From Fonticula alba ATCC 38817 (Eukaryota; Protista; Nucleariida): a stretch of 22,205 bases of DNA. The notes under the pieces are model-generated. The model ran no database searches. It was not told the origin of the DNA and saw only the letters and a program-made list of their open reading frames with translations. The stretch lies in NCBI GenBank assembly GCA_000388065.2, contig KB932212.1; one strand, written 5' to 3'. Positions 1 through 9,694 of this stretch are shown piece after piece. Each line of letters begins with the position of its first letter. The first letter of the stretch is position 1. Both the position numbers and the translations under genes were made by a program.

Positions 1-182
1 CCCCCGCCCGCCCGCCCGTCCCCCTGTCGCCGTTGCCAGGGTTGCCCCCCCTTCCCGGGTAACCCCCGCGGCCAGCGCCGAACCCCGCGCAAAAGCCCTC
101 CGAGACCGCCGGATTAAGGACCGATTAAGCGTATATTGGGCGGCCTCCGTTGGCGTGCATTCTGCGATCGTACACCGGCGCT

Positions 183-1748
183 TCAGAAGCCCGAGGCCGT
201 GGGCGGCCGGCCGGCCGGGCGGCTGCCGCCCTCGCCATCGCCCCCGTCTCCCTGGCCGCCGGTGTGCCACTCACTGCTGTCCGGCATGTGGTACTGCTGC
301 TGGTCGCCCAGCACCACATCCGTGTCTTCCTCATCGTCGAAGGAGTCATCCTCATCCGAGCGGATGCGCACCCGGCAGAGCTCCCGCTCCGGGCCAGCCC
401 CCCCGGGAGGGGTCTGCGTCCACCGGACCCAGTCATCGGTCCCCTCCACCAGGGCAATGTCCACGGTCCCATGGCGGACGGCCCCGGACAGGACCAGCCG
501 CGCCAGCGGCCGGTTCAGCAGCCGATCCACCATGCGCAGCAGCGGCCGTGCCCCGTAGGCGCCCTGGTTGACGGCGGCCGCCGCCTGGACAATGCGCTCG
601 CGCGCGTCCGGCGCGATGACCAGCCGAATGTCCCCCTCCGACCGATGGTGGTGGTGGTGGTGGTGCGATGCCGACGAGGCATCCCCATCGCCGGCAATCG
701 GCACCAGGCCGCCGCCAGCGGCCCCGGCGGCCGGGGCATCGCCGCCGGGGGCCGGCTGCGACACGCCCCCCGGCCAGCGCCGGGCCAGGCGCTGGTTCAG
801 CGCCTCCACCCGGTCCTGCAGGATGGCATCCAGCTCCACCGGTGTCAGGGCCCGGAAGACCACCACCCCGTCAATGCGGTTGATGAACTCCGGCGAAAAG
901 CGCGACCGGAGCTGGCGCAGGGCCACCTCGCGTGTGGCCTGCTCCCGGTGCCGGCGCTCCTCCGGCGTCTCGGCCCCCGGCCCGGCCGCCCCCCCGGTGA
1001 CCCCGGGCCCGACCACCGCCCCGGCGCCGATGTTGCTGGTCATCACGACCACCGTGTTGCGGAAGTCCACCGTCCGGCCCCGGCCATCGGTCAGCCGCCC
1101 GGCGTCCAGCAGCGGCAGCAGCACATGCCGCGCCTCCGGCGCCGCCTTCTCAATCTCATCCAGCAGCACCACCGAGTAGGGGGCCCGGCGCACGCGCTCC
1201 GTCAGCATGCCCCCCTCATCATGGCCGATGTACCCCGGCGGCGAGCCAATCAGCCGGCTGATCGAGTGGGGCTCCGAGAATTCCGACATGTCGATGCGAA
1301 TCAGCCGGTCATTGGCCAGCGACGCCTCGGCCGAGGGCCCGGCGCTCGGCAGCGCGCCATCCCCCTCGTCATCCTCATCGCCGACACTGGGCGAGGCGGA
1401 CGAATGGCCGAACAGCTCATCCGCCAGCGCCTGCGCCAGGGCCGTCTTCCCGACACCCGTCGGCCCGAGGAACAGGAAGGTGGCCACCGGCCGGTCGGGC
1501 GGCGCGAGCCCGGCCCGCGAGGCGCACACGGCATCGGCCACCCGGCGCACGGCCGGGCCCTGGCCACGCACCCGCTCGCCCAGCCGGTCCGCCAGCTCCA
1601 GCAGACGCTGCCGCTCGCCGCGCTCCAGGTCGGCCACCGGGATGCCGGTCGACCGGGCGATCACCTCGTTGATGTCGCGCGCCGTGACATAGTCCCCGAC
1701 CAGCGACCCTGGGGCCGGGGTGCGCGCGCGCGCACACGTATACACACG

Positions 1749-1796
<48 letters not shown>

Positions 1797-3861
1797 ATTC
1801 CGCGTTCCGGCGAGGGGGCGAGCGGTGGGGGGAAAAAAAGATCAAGTCCAACACAGCAATGCAAGATGGTTAGTGTCCGCGCGCGTGCACACACACACAC
1901 ACATGTCCGCACACCAGGCCCCGGCCCTGGGGCGGGGGAGCAAAGAAAAGCAGGAAGGCGACAGCATGACCCGGGCGGGAGGCAGCCCATCGACGGCAAC
2001 AGGCACCCCCCCCCCCCCCCTCGAAAAGAAGCGCGCCACGCACCACGAGCACCGGCCTCGGCCGCGGCAGCCGTCGCCTCGCGGATCTCCGCCGTCAGAC
2101 GCGGGATCACCGAATACAGAAGCTCACCGGCCCGCTCCAGGCGCCCGTCGCGCTGGGACTGCTCCAGCTCGCGCCGGGCCCGGTCCAGCTCGGTCTGCTT
2201 CAGCTGGATGCGCGTGAGGCGCGTCCGTTCGCGCTCCCACCGGGCCGTCAGCTTGGCCAGCACCTCCTCCAGGTGGGCCAGGTCCTCGTCCAGGTCGCGC
2301 AGGTGCTGCTCCAGCCGCGCGCGAGTCTCCGACCCGGTGCCATCCCCACCGGCGGCCAGGTCCTTGGCGATGGCCGTGCGCTCGATGCGCTTCAGGGTGA
2401 TGGCGCGCCGGGCGCGCTCCACCGGCTCCGGGGTGGACTCGTGCTGCACTCGCAGCCGGGCCGCCGCCTCGTCCACCACGTCGATGGCCTTGTCCGGCAG
2501 GAACCGATCGGACACATAGCGCGCGGTGTTCTCGGCCGCCGCCACCAGGGCCGCATCCGCAATCCGCACCCCATGGTGGAGCTCATACCGCTCGCGCAGC
2601 CCGCGCAGGATGGCCAGCGTGGCCGAGATCGAGGGCTCGCCCACCGGCACCGGCTGGAAGCGCCGGGCCAGGGCCGCATCGCGCTCCACATACTTCCGGT
2701 ACTCGTCGATGGTGGTGGCCCCCACGCATCGGAGCTGCCCGCGCGCCAGGGCCGGCTTCAGCATGTTCGCCGCGTCCACGCCGCCCCCGCCCTGGCCCAG
2801 CCCCAGCAGCGTGTGCAGCTCGTCGATGAAGAGAATGGTCTTGGCATCCGGCTTGGTGGCCGCCGCCAGGAGGGCCTTCAGCCGGCCCTCGAACTCCCCG
2901 CGAACCCCGGCCCCGGCGATCAGGGCCGCTGGTTGAGCATTTCCCCCCCCGCGCGCGCGCGCACACACACAGACACGCACGGAGGACGGGTAGGAACAAT
3001 GGCACGGACAGGGGCACATGCGGGTCAGTGGGTGTGCAGTCGATGGGGGGAAAGACCCCAGCAAACAACCTTGCGCCCGCCCCCCGGAGAAATGGACAGA
3101 TGGATACATGGGCGGCAGCATACGCACACAGGTCCAGCGAGATGACACGCTTGCCGCGCAGGGAGTCCGGTACGTCGCCGGCGGCCACGCGCAGTGCCAG
3201 CCCCTCGGCGATGGCGGTCTTACCGACACCCGGCTCGCCAATCAGCACGGGGTTGTTCTTGGTCCGCCGGGAGAGACTGCGCAGGCAAGGTACGCGCGCA
3301 CGCACGCACGCACACACGCACACACAACGACAGACGAATGCAAACATACACGTGTTAGTCCAATGTCATGGGCAACCACCAGGCAGAGGGGGCGCTGCTC
3401 CGCGGGTGACCGGACCCCGGGAAAGGAGGATCCACGCACATCTGGATGACTCGGCGAATCTCGTCGTCCCGGCCGATGACCGGGTCCAGCTGGCCGGCGC
3501 GCGCCTGCGCCGTCAGGTCCACGCCGTACTGCGTCAGCGGGTCCTGCTCCTCGCCCTGCTGCGGCGGGTGCTGCTGGCCGGGCATGCTGCCGAAGCCGCG
3601 CGGCGGCTGCGAATGGTACCCCGCGCGCGGGGCCCAGCCCGCCGCGCCGCCGCCGTCCAGGCGCAGCAGCGGGCCCGGCGCGAGCAGGCCACCCGCCGAG
3701 CGGCACAGCCGAGGCCGTGCCAGCCGCCGCTGCCCATCACCGGGCACGGGGTCGCCACTCACGGCCGCGCTCATCGACACGGCTCGGGTGGCCAGTGGCC
3801 GGAGGGTGCCGCGCGCGAACGCCGCGCCGCCGCGAGTTGACTGAATAGCCAGGCGTAGCAT
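183..3861 (-). CDS. HSP78: Mitochondrial ClpB/Hsp78 AAA+ disaggregase, 4 exons (3861-3440, 3276-3128, 2928-2044, 1708-183), about 993 aa
   Basis: Three GT-AG introns join in phase, giving [24 protein letters not shown] (Walker A1), [19 protein letters not shown] (Walker B1), DAALARRFQ, a coiled-coil M domain, [12 protein letters not shown] (Walker A2), [27 protein letters not shown] and GARPL. Exon lengths sum to 2982 nt (994 codons). The N-terminus is Arg-rich and acid-poor ([12 protein letters not shown]...) with no Clp-N domain, matching the Hsp78 architecture. The donor at 2043 could instead be at 2052 (same phase). Confidence 0.93.
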
Positions 3862-4105
3862 GGAGTACGTGGGTCTCGGTTATGGATGGATATGCACACG
3901 TATGGGCGTGTGTGTGTGTGTGCGTGCGTGTGTCTATGTGTAGATTGGTGTAGCGGGTCCGTGTGCAGGAGGTAGCTGACGATGTGTCTGCCTGTCTGCC
4001 TGTCTGTCTGTCCGTGCGTGTGCAGGTATATGTGTTTGTCAAGGTGAGCGTCGTAAGGTGGAAAGAGAGGTGGCCGGGGGGCGGGGGCCGGCGCTGCGCG
4101 GGGCC

Positions 4106-4114
4106 TTTTATATA
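4106..4114 (-). promoter_or_regulatory. TATA box (TATATAAAA) upstream of HSP78
   Basis: The minus strand reads TATATAAAAGG in otherwise very GC-rich DNA, about 250 nt upstream of the ATG at 3861 and in the correct orientation. Confidence 0.6.
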
Positions 4115-4289
4115 TGTACTCCAGCAGATACCCCCCCCCCCCCCCGGCCCGGGGGACGGAGGAGACACACATACGCGCGCTAGATCTTCGATCGACCTGC
4201 CAATGGTGCCGGCGCGCCCTGTGGGCTACTTCAGCCATCTTCGTTGTCCCCCCCGCCTCAGGATGCGGTGGCCCGATCGGGGAGCAGGC

Positions 4290-4410
4290 TTTCGAGAAGC
4301 ATCTCGCTCCCGCTGGATGGCCCCAGAGCATGTGCCGATGCGCCTCCGCGCGGCACACGCAGTGCCCAGTGCAAGCGAGTCCCCCCCGGCGGGCGGTTCG
4401 GGAAATTGCT
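4290..4410. promoter_or_regulatory. Two heat-shock-element-like motifs
   Basis: tTTCg-aGAAg-cATCt (4290-4304) and gTTCg-gGAAa-tTGCt (4396-4410). Each is three alternating nGAAn units with one mismatch in the third unit, upstream of the HSP78 TATA box. Confidence 0.5.
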
Positions 4411-4818
4411 CGGACACGGGGCTCACGAAAAAGAAAGGCCCCCCCCCCCCCTCCCGCCGCACATCATCGGCCTGTGTGGGGCCTTTCCCGCGCGAAACAG
4501 GAGGCTTCCTCGCCGCGCCGGGGGATGACGAACCGGGAAAGACGCGGGGGGGAAAGGGCCGGACCCTGCGTCAGCCGGGGGAATGCCAACCCACGGCGCG
4601 GCGCTCCAGGCGTGCCGCGCACATGATCTGCCGGGGTCAGGCGCCAGACTCGGGCCAATCCGCCCCCGCGATCCCCGCCGTGTCCCCGCATGCAACTGAT
4701 GGCTTTCGCGGCGACGGGGTGGATGGGGGGGGGGGGGGGGGGGGGGCCCAGGGGCCGCGCGCCCCCAGACACACACACCCGCGCGTGTGTGTGTGTGTGT
4801 GTGTGTGCTGCGGGGAGG

Positions 4819-4879
4819 NNNNNNNNNNNNNNNNNNNNNNNNNNNNNNNNNNNNNNNNNNNNNNNNNNNNNNNNNNNNN
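4819..4879. other. Assembly gap flanked by (GT)n
   Basis: N run with (GT)n tracts on both sides. Confidence 0.99.
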
Positions 4880-5185
4880 GTGTGTGTGTGTGTGTGTGTG
4901 TGTGTCCATCTGTCCCCCCCCCGCATGTGAATTCTCGCTCTCTTTTTTTCTCCCCCCTCCCGCCCCGCCGCCCAGCTGCCAGAGAGGGAGAGAGAGAGAG
5001 AGAGAGAGAGGCGACAGGGCCGGCCTCGCGCGACAAGATCACCATCCGGATGAAAAGCCCGGCGCGATCCATCCTGTGCCCATGCCGCGTCGCGCTAGCC
5101 CCTTCCCTCTTCCGCTACCCCCCTACCCCCCACCCCCCCTCTCCCGCCCTCCCCCTGCCCCCTTTCGCCCCCGCTCCGCGCAGCC

Positions 5186-6882
5186 ATGTCTCTTTCAAGC
5201 CCGGTGGTCCGCTCGGCGCCTGGCAGCTGCACCGACCAGTGCGAGTACCAGGGCGCCTGTCGTCCGGATCTGGATCTGCTGTCCTCCTCCTGTCTTGGTG
5301 CGTTCTCCGCGCCGGGGCCGAGCCCCATGTACCGGGATCTCCCTCTCCCCCTCCAACACACTCTCTCACCTTTACCCACACACACACACACACACAAAGA
5401 GGCCCGCCTCAGTGCACTCAACAACCTGGACCTGTCGGACCGCACGGACTCCTCGATGCCTCCGTGCGGCAGCGCCGACGAGGCCACCATCCCGGCCGAG
5501 GTGCTGGCCGAGGTGGCCGCGCGGGCCCCGCACCCGCGGCACTCGCAGAAGCTGCACGCGGCCGACGAATGCTGGGTCGACCCGCCGGTGCGGGTCATCG
5601 ACCACGGGGACAGCCGCGGCCGGGCGGTGGTCGCCACACGGGCCATCCCCGCCGGGGCGGTGTTCTTCCGGTCGCGCGCCTACACGGTGACCGTGGCCCA
5701 AGAGTGGCTGCAAAATGTCTGTGTCTACTGCCAGGCCTTCACCCCGACGGCGCGCATGCCGGTCCGGTGCGAGCTCCCGCAGGAGGTCCTGCCGGAGTCG
5801 TCCTCCGGCAAGGGCCGGGCCCGGCGCCAGGGCCCCCTCATCATCGGCTGCCAGTGCACGTATTACTGCTCGGCCCGCTGCCGGGAGATGGATCTCCCCC
5901 GGCACGCGCTCGAGTGCGGGGCCCTCGGCATGGTCCATCGCGAGTACAAGAACCTGCAGGCCGTGCGCCAGGGGCATCTCATGAAGACGCAGGCGCGCTT
6001 CCTGGCCAGCGTCTACTCGCGCAAGCGCTCCCTCATCATGGAGTACGGGGATGCGGCGCGTGTCCCGGCCTCCGGGCCGGACCGTGGCATTGTTCCCCTG
6101 GAGGAGATCAACCAGCGTGCGTGTCCCTGCGCGGGCCGTGGCGGGCCGCCTCTTCTCTTCTTCTCCCCCCCCCCCCTCTTTGTGTCTTTCTTTCTTTCCG
6201 GCCGGCCATTTTGTCTAATCCCCCTGCGCAGACCTCGCCGACAGCGCCACCGGTGCCATGCCCACCAACAAGGACCTCTACTCGTGCGTGCCCTGCTCGT
6301 CCTTCTGGCTGGCATCAGCCGCTTGCCCGCGCCTCCCCGCGCCTGGGGCCCGTATGCTGACCCTCTTTGGGCTTGTCGTCGCCCCTCCCCCCGCCGCCCC
6401 TTGGCAGGCTGACCACCAACCTGTCGGCCTACAAGAATGACGAGGCCACCATCTTCTTCTGGAAGACAGTGCGTCAGCCGGATGGCCCATGGCTGCCGTG
6501 CCCCCCCCCCCCCCGCCTTCCGCCCATCCCCCTGGCGTCCTCCCCTCGCCCTCCCTTCTTTGCACTTACCACCGCCCTGTAGATCGTGGTCTTCCTGCGC
6601 AAGGTCCTGCCTGCTTCCTTCATCGACGATACGGACGACGAGGTGCTGGAGGTCCTCTGCCGGGCCGAGTGCAACTCCTTCGGCTTCTGGGACGATGGCG
6701 AGGAGCTCTACTCGTATGGCGTCTTCCCGGATGCCTCCTACTTCAACCACAGCTGCGCGCCGAACGCCTACAAATTCACTCGCGGCCGGTGCGAAGCTCC
6801 CCTGCCCGGGCCACGCCCGTTCCTCTCGCTGTCCAGCCGCCCGACACTGACGCCACTGCTCTTTCGGCCCACTCGCGCGCGT

Positions 6883-6916
<34 letters not shown>

Positions 6917-7771
6917 GCGCACACACGAACCCAGCGACGTCTTCTTCCGCGCGCTGCGCACCATCGAGGAGGGCGAGGAGGTGAACATCTCGTACATCTT
7001 GATCTCCGATGCCTTCGAGAACCGGCAGAAGTACCTCTCCGAGTACTATTGCTTCCAGTGCGGCTGCCCCCGGTGCAAGCTCGGTGTGCGTGCTCGGCTC
7101 TCTGCCTCTCTCTCTCTCTCTCCCTACCTCCTTGCCCTCTCCCTGCCTCCTTGCCCTCTCCCTGCCTCCTTGCCCTCTCCGGCTGCGGGGTTACCTCTGT
7201 GACGTTGCCCACGCCAATACTGACCCCTTCCCGTCCCTCCCCCTCCCGCTACACGGGGCCAACGTAGCCGCTGCCGATTGATCAGGACGAGTTCCGGCTG
7301 CGCTTCTGGCACGGCCTGTGCGATGGGTTCCTCTTCCGCTGCGAGGCGTCCCCCACCAACCCGCGAGCCATCTACTGCTCCAAGTGCGGCATGGTATCCG
7401 AATCCGGGGATCTGACCCTGCCGGCCCTCCCGTGCACCGGGCTGATGAAGCCCCGGTCGGCCGGCCTGGCCGAGAAGTATGACTGCCCGACGGATGCCTG
7501 CCCGCCGGTGTGCCTGCAGGCCGGGCAGGAGGCCGCCGGCGCCACCGCCGCCGGGGGGCAAGTGGCCACCCCGGACCCGGAGGGCCGGCCTTCGGTGTAC
7601 GACACCCGCGGGCTGGCGCCGCCCGAGCGCCACGTCGCCACCAGCCTCGTGATTCCGGTGCAGCCGGACGGCGCCCGGCCGCCGAGCCCGGACAATTCCT
7701 CCCTCCGGGACCTGAAGATGGACTCCTGGCTCGGGACCCTGGAGGAGTGCCTGGCGCCGGAGCGCGAATGA
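5186..7771 (+). CDS. SMYD-type (Set6-like) SET-MYND lysine methyltransferase; exons about 5186-5297, 5400-6116, 6232-6283, 6408-6468, 6583-6788, 6935-7085, 7268-7771
   Basis: N-SET GRAVVATRAIPAG; MYND CVYC...C...C-x4-YCSARC-x7-H-x3-C; C-SET ECNSFGFW...GVFPDASYFNHSCAPN and GEEVNISY; post-SET YCFQCGCPRC. All introns are GT-AG and phase-compatible, several with CTAAT/CTGAC branch points. The start codon, the first intron and the last acceptor (7267 vs 7285) are less certain. Confidence 0.88.
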
Positions 7772-8748
7772 GCGGGGCCCGCCCGAGAGGCGCCGGTGTG
7801 TGTGTGTGTGTGTGTGTGNNNNNNNNNNACACACACACACACACGCGCGCACACACGAACCCAGCGACGTCTTCTTCCGCGCGCTGCGCACCATCGAGGA
7901 GGGCGAGGAGGTGAACATCTCGTACATCTTGATCTCCGATGCCTTCGAGAACCGGCAGAAGTACCTCTCCGAGTACTATTGCTTCCAGTGCGGCTGCCCC
8001 CGGTGCAAGCTCGGTGTGCGTGCTCGGCTCTCTGCCTCTCTCTCTCTCTCTCCCTACCTCCTTGCCCTCTCCCTGCCTCCTTGCCCTCTCCCTGCCTCCT
8101 TGCCCTCTCCGGCTGCGGGGTTACCTCTGTGACGTTGCCCACGCCAATACTGACCCCTTCCCGTCCCTCCCCCTCCCGCTACACGGGGCCAACGTAGCCG
8201 CTGCCGATTGATCAGGACGAGTTCCGGCTGCGCTTCTGGCACGGCCTGTGCGATGGGTTCCTCTTCCGCTGCGAGGCGTCCCCCACCAACCCGCGAGCCA
8301 TCTACTGCTCCAAGTGCGGCATGGTATCCGAATCCGGGGATCTGACCCTGCCGGCCCTCCCGTGCACCGGGCTGATGAAGCCCCGGTCGGCCGGCCTGGC
8401 CGAGAAGTATGACTGCCCGACGGATGCCTGCCCGCCGGTGTGCCTGCAGGCCGGGCAGGAGGCCGCCGGCGCCACCGCCGCCGGGGGGCAAGTGGCCACC
8501 CCGGACCCGGAGGGCCGGCCTTCGGTGTACGACACCCGCGGGCTGGCGCCGCCCGAGCGCCACGTCGCCACCAGCCTCGTGATTCCGGTGCAGCCGGACG
8601 GCGCCCGGCCGCCGAGCCCGGACAATTCCTCCCTCCGGGACCTGAAGATGGACTCCTGGCTCGGGACCCTGGAGGAGTGCCTGGCGCCGGAGCGCGAATG
8701 AGCGGGGCCCGCCCGAGAGGCGCCGGTGTGTGTGTGTGTGTGTGTGTG
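6899..8748 (+). repeat. 920-bp direct duplication (6899-7818 = 7829-8748) across a 10-N gap, covering the last two SMYD exons
   Basis: Offset is 930 throughout and I found no differences by eye. The unit starts in (CA)n and ends in (TG)n, and the N gap is at 7819-7828. Probably an unmerged contig overlap. Confidence 0.95.
7127..7180 (+). repeat. 19-bp tandem repeat (CCTCCTTGCCCTCTCCCTG, about 2.8 copies) in the last SMYD intron
   Basis: Direct reading; also present in the duplicate at +930. Confidence 0.85.
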
Positions 8749-9137
8749 TGCTGCGGGGAGGGGGGCCGCCGCCATCGCCGGCCGCCGTCCCCTCGCCCTT
8801 CACCATGGCCCGTCTTTTCGTCCTCCCTTCCTCTCTCTCTCTCTCTCTCTCCCTTCCCCCCTTTGTCGCCTGCCCTGTGTCTTTCGAGCTTCCACTGGCG
8901 GCAATACACGCGGAGCTGGGTCTTTTTTTTTTTGCTTTTGCTTTTGCCTTCTTCTTCCCCGCCCCCGGCGCCTGACTTCGGGCGGCCACCGGCCCTCTCT
9001 CTCTCTCTCTCTCTCTCTCGCTCCCTCTCTCGTCCCGGTTCCTGCTGCCAGAAGTGCCGTTGCGGGAGGGGGGGGGTGGGTTCCCTTGTGCTGCCAGGCC
9101 CGGGGGATATCAGTTTGTGCTGACCCCCTCATCGTAA

Positions 9138-9225
9138 CCAACCATAGCTCAATTGGTAGAGCATCAGACTGTAGCGGTAACAAGCAATTATCTGAGGGTC
9201 GCTGGTTCGATTCCGGCTGGTTGGA
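9138..9225 (+). tRNA. tRNA-Tyr (GUA) with a 15-nt canonical 37/38 intron (9175-9189)
   Basis: Acceptor stem CCAACCA/TGGTTGG with C1:G72 and discriminator A73; D-arm GCTC..GAGC; anticodon stem TCAGA/TCTGA around CT-GTA-G; T-arm GCTGG-TTCGATT-CCGGC. Confidence 0.96.
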
Positions 9226-9230
9226 CTATC

Positions 9231-9234
9231 TTTT
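9231..9234 (+). terminator. Pol III terminator (T4) of the tRNA-Tyr
   Basis: TTTT 5 nt after the discriminator; a second T6 run lies at 9247-9252. Confidence 0.6.
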
Positions 9235-9408
9235 GCCGTGTTGCCCTTTTTTCGGCCGCCCCGTTCCCGGGGCCCACCCAGCCAGGCCCGGGGAAAGTAC
9301 GCTCGCACAACCCCGCGCCGCCCTCGGCCGCGCCAGATCACAAGTCAACACCCCCGCCCCGGGGCGCCCGCAAGAGACACCGTGATGGCCCGGCAGGCGG
9401 GGAAAAAA

Positions 9409-9459
9409 CAACAACAGCCACAACAACAACAGCCACAACAACAAACAGCGACAGCAACA
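9409..9459 (+). repeat. Degenerate (CAA)n/ACAACAACAGCC microsatellite
   Basis: acaacaacagcc-acaacaacaacagcc-acaacaacaaacagcgacagcaac, between the tRNA and the protease stop codon. Confidence 0.7.
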
Positions 9460-9694
9460 CAAGAGGGGTGCATTCACGCGGGCGGGCATCCCCCCCGCCC
9501 CCTTGTCCATCCCTGCGCGGGAGGAGGGAAGGGGGCTGTTGCACCTGCACTGCGGCCTGCATGTGCGGTGGGGGGGGGGGGGGGACTCTGTGCTTGGTCA
9601 TACGCATGGACACTCTCGCAGACGGAGAGGGAATGCCTGCGAAGCCCTTCGACCCCCCTTTTCAGGCATACACGCCCACAGGCATGCCGGCCCT

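Noticed and set aside
150-2519. 789-aa plus-strand ORF and other long ORFs overlapping HSP78
   Set aside because: Antisense shadow of a GC3-rich gene; no recognisable motifs, and it runs through intronic (CA)n as THTHTH.
2885-2917. Calling the ClpB a horizontally acquired ClpV
   Set aside because: The M-domain coiled coil, mitochondrial presequence, absent N-domain and host-style introns all fit Hsp78; only the pore loop resembles ClpV.
3963-5690. Long ORFs crossing the N gap and microsatellites
   Set aside because: Low-complexity Pro/Arg/Gly translations spanning unknown bases; no domain evidence.
7829-8701. Second SET C-terminal gene or paralog
   Set aside because: Appears identical to 6899-7771 including intron sequence, has no 5' exons and abuts a 10-N gap; best explained as contig overlap.
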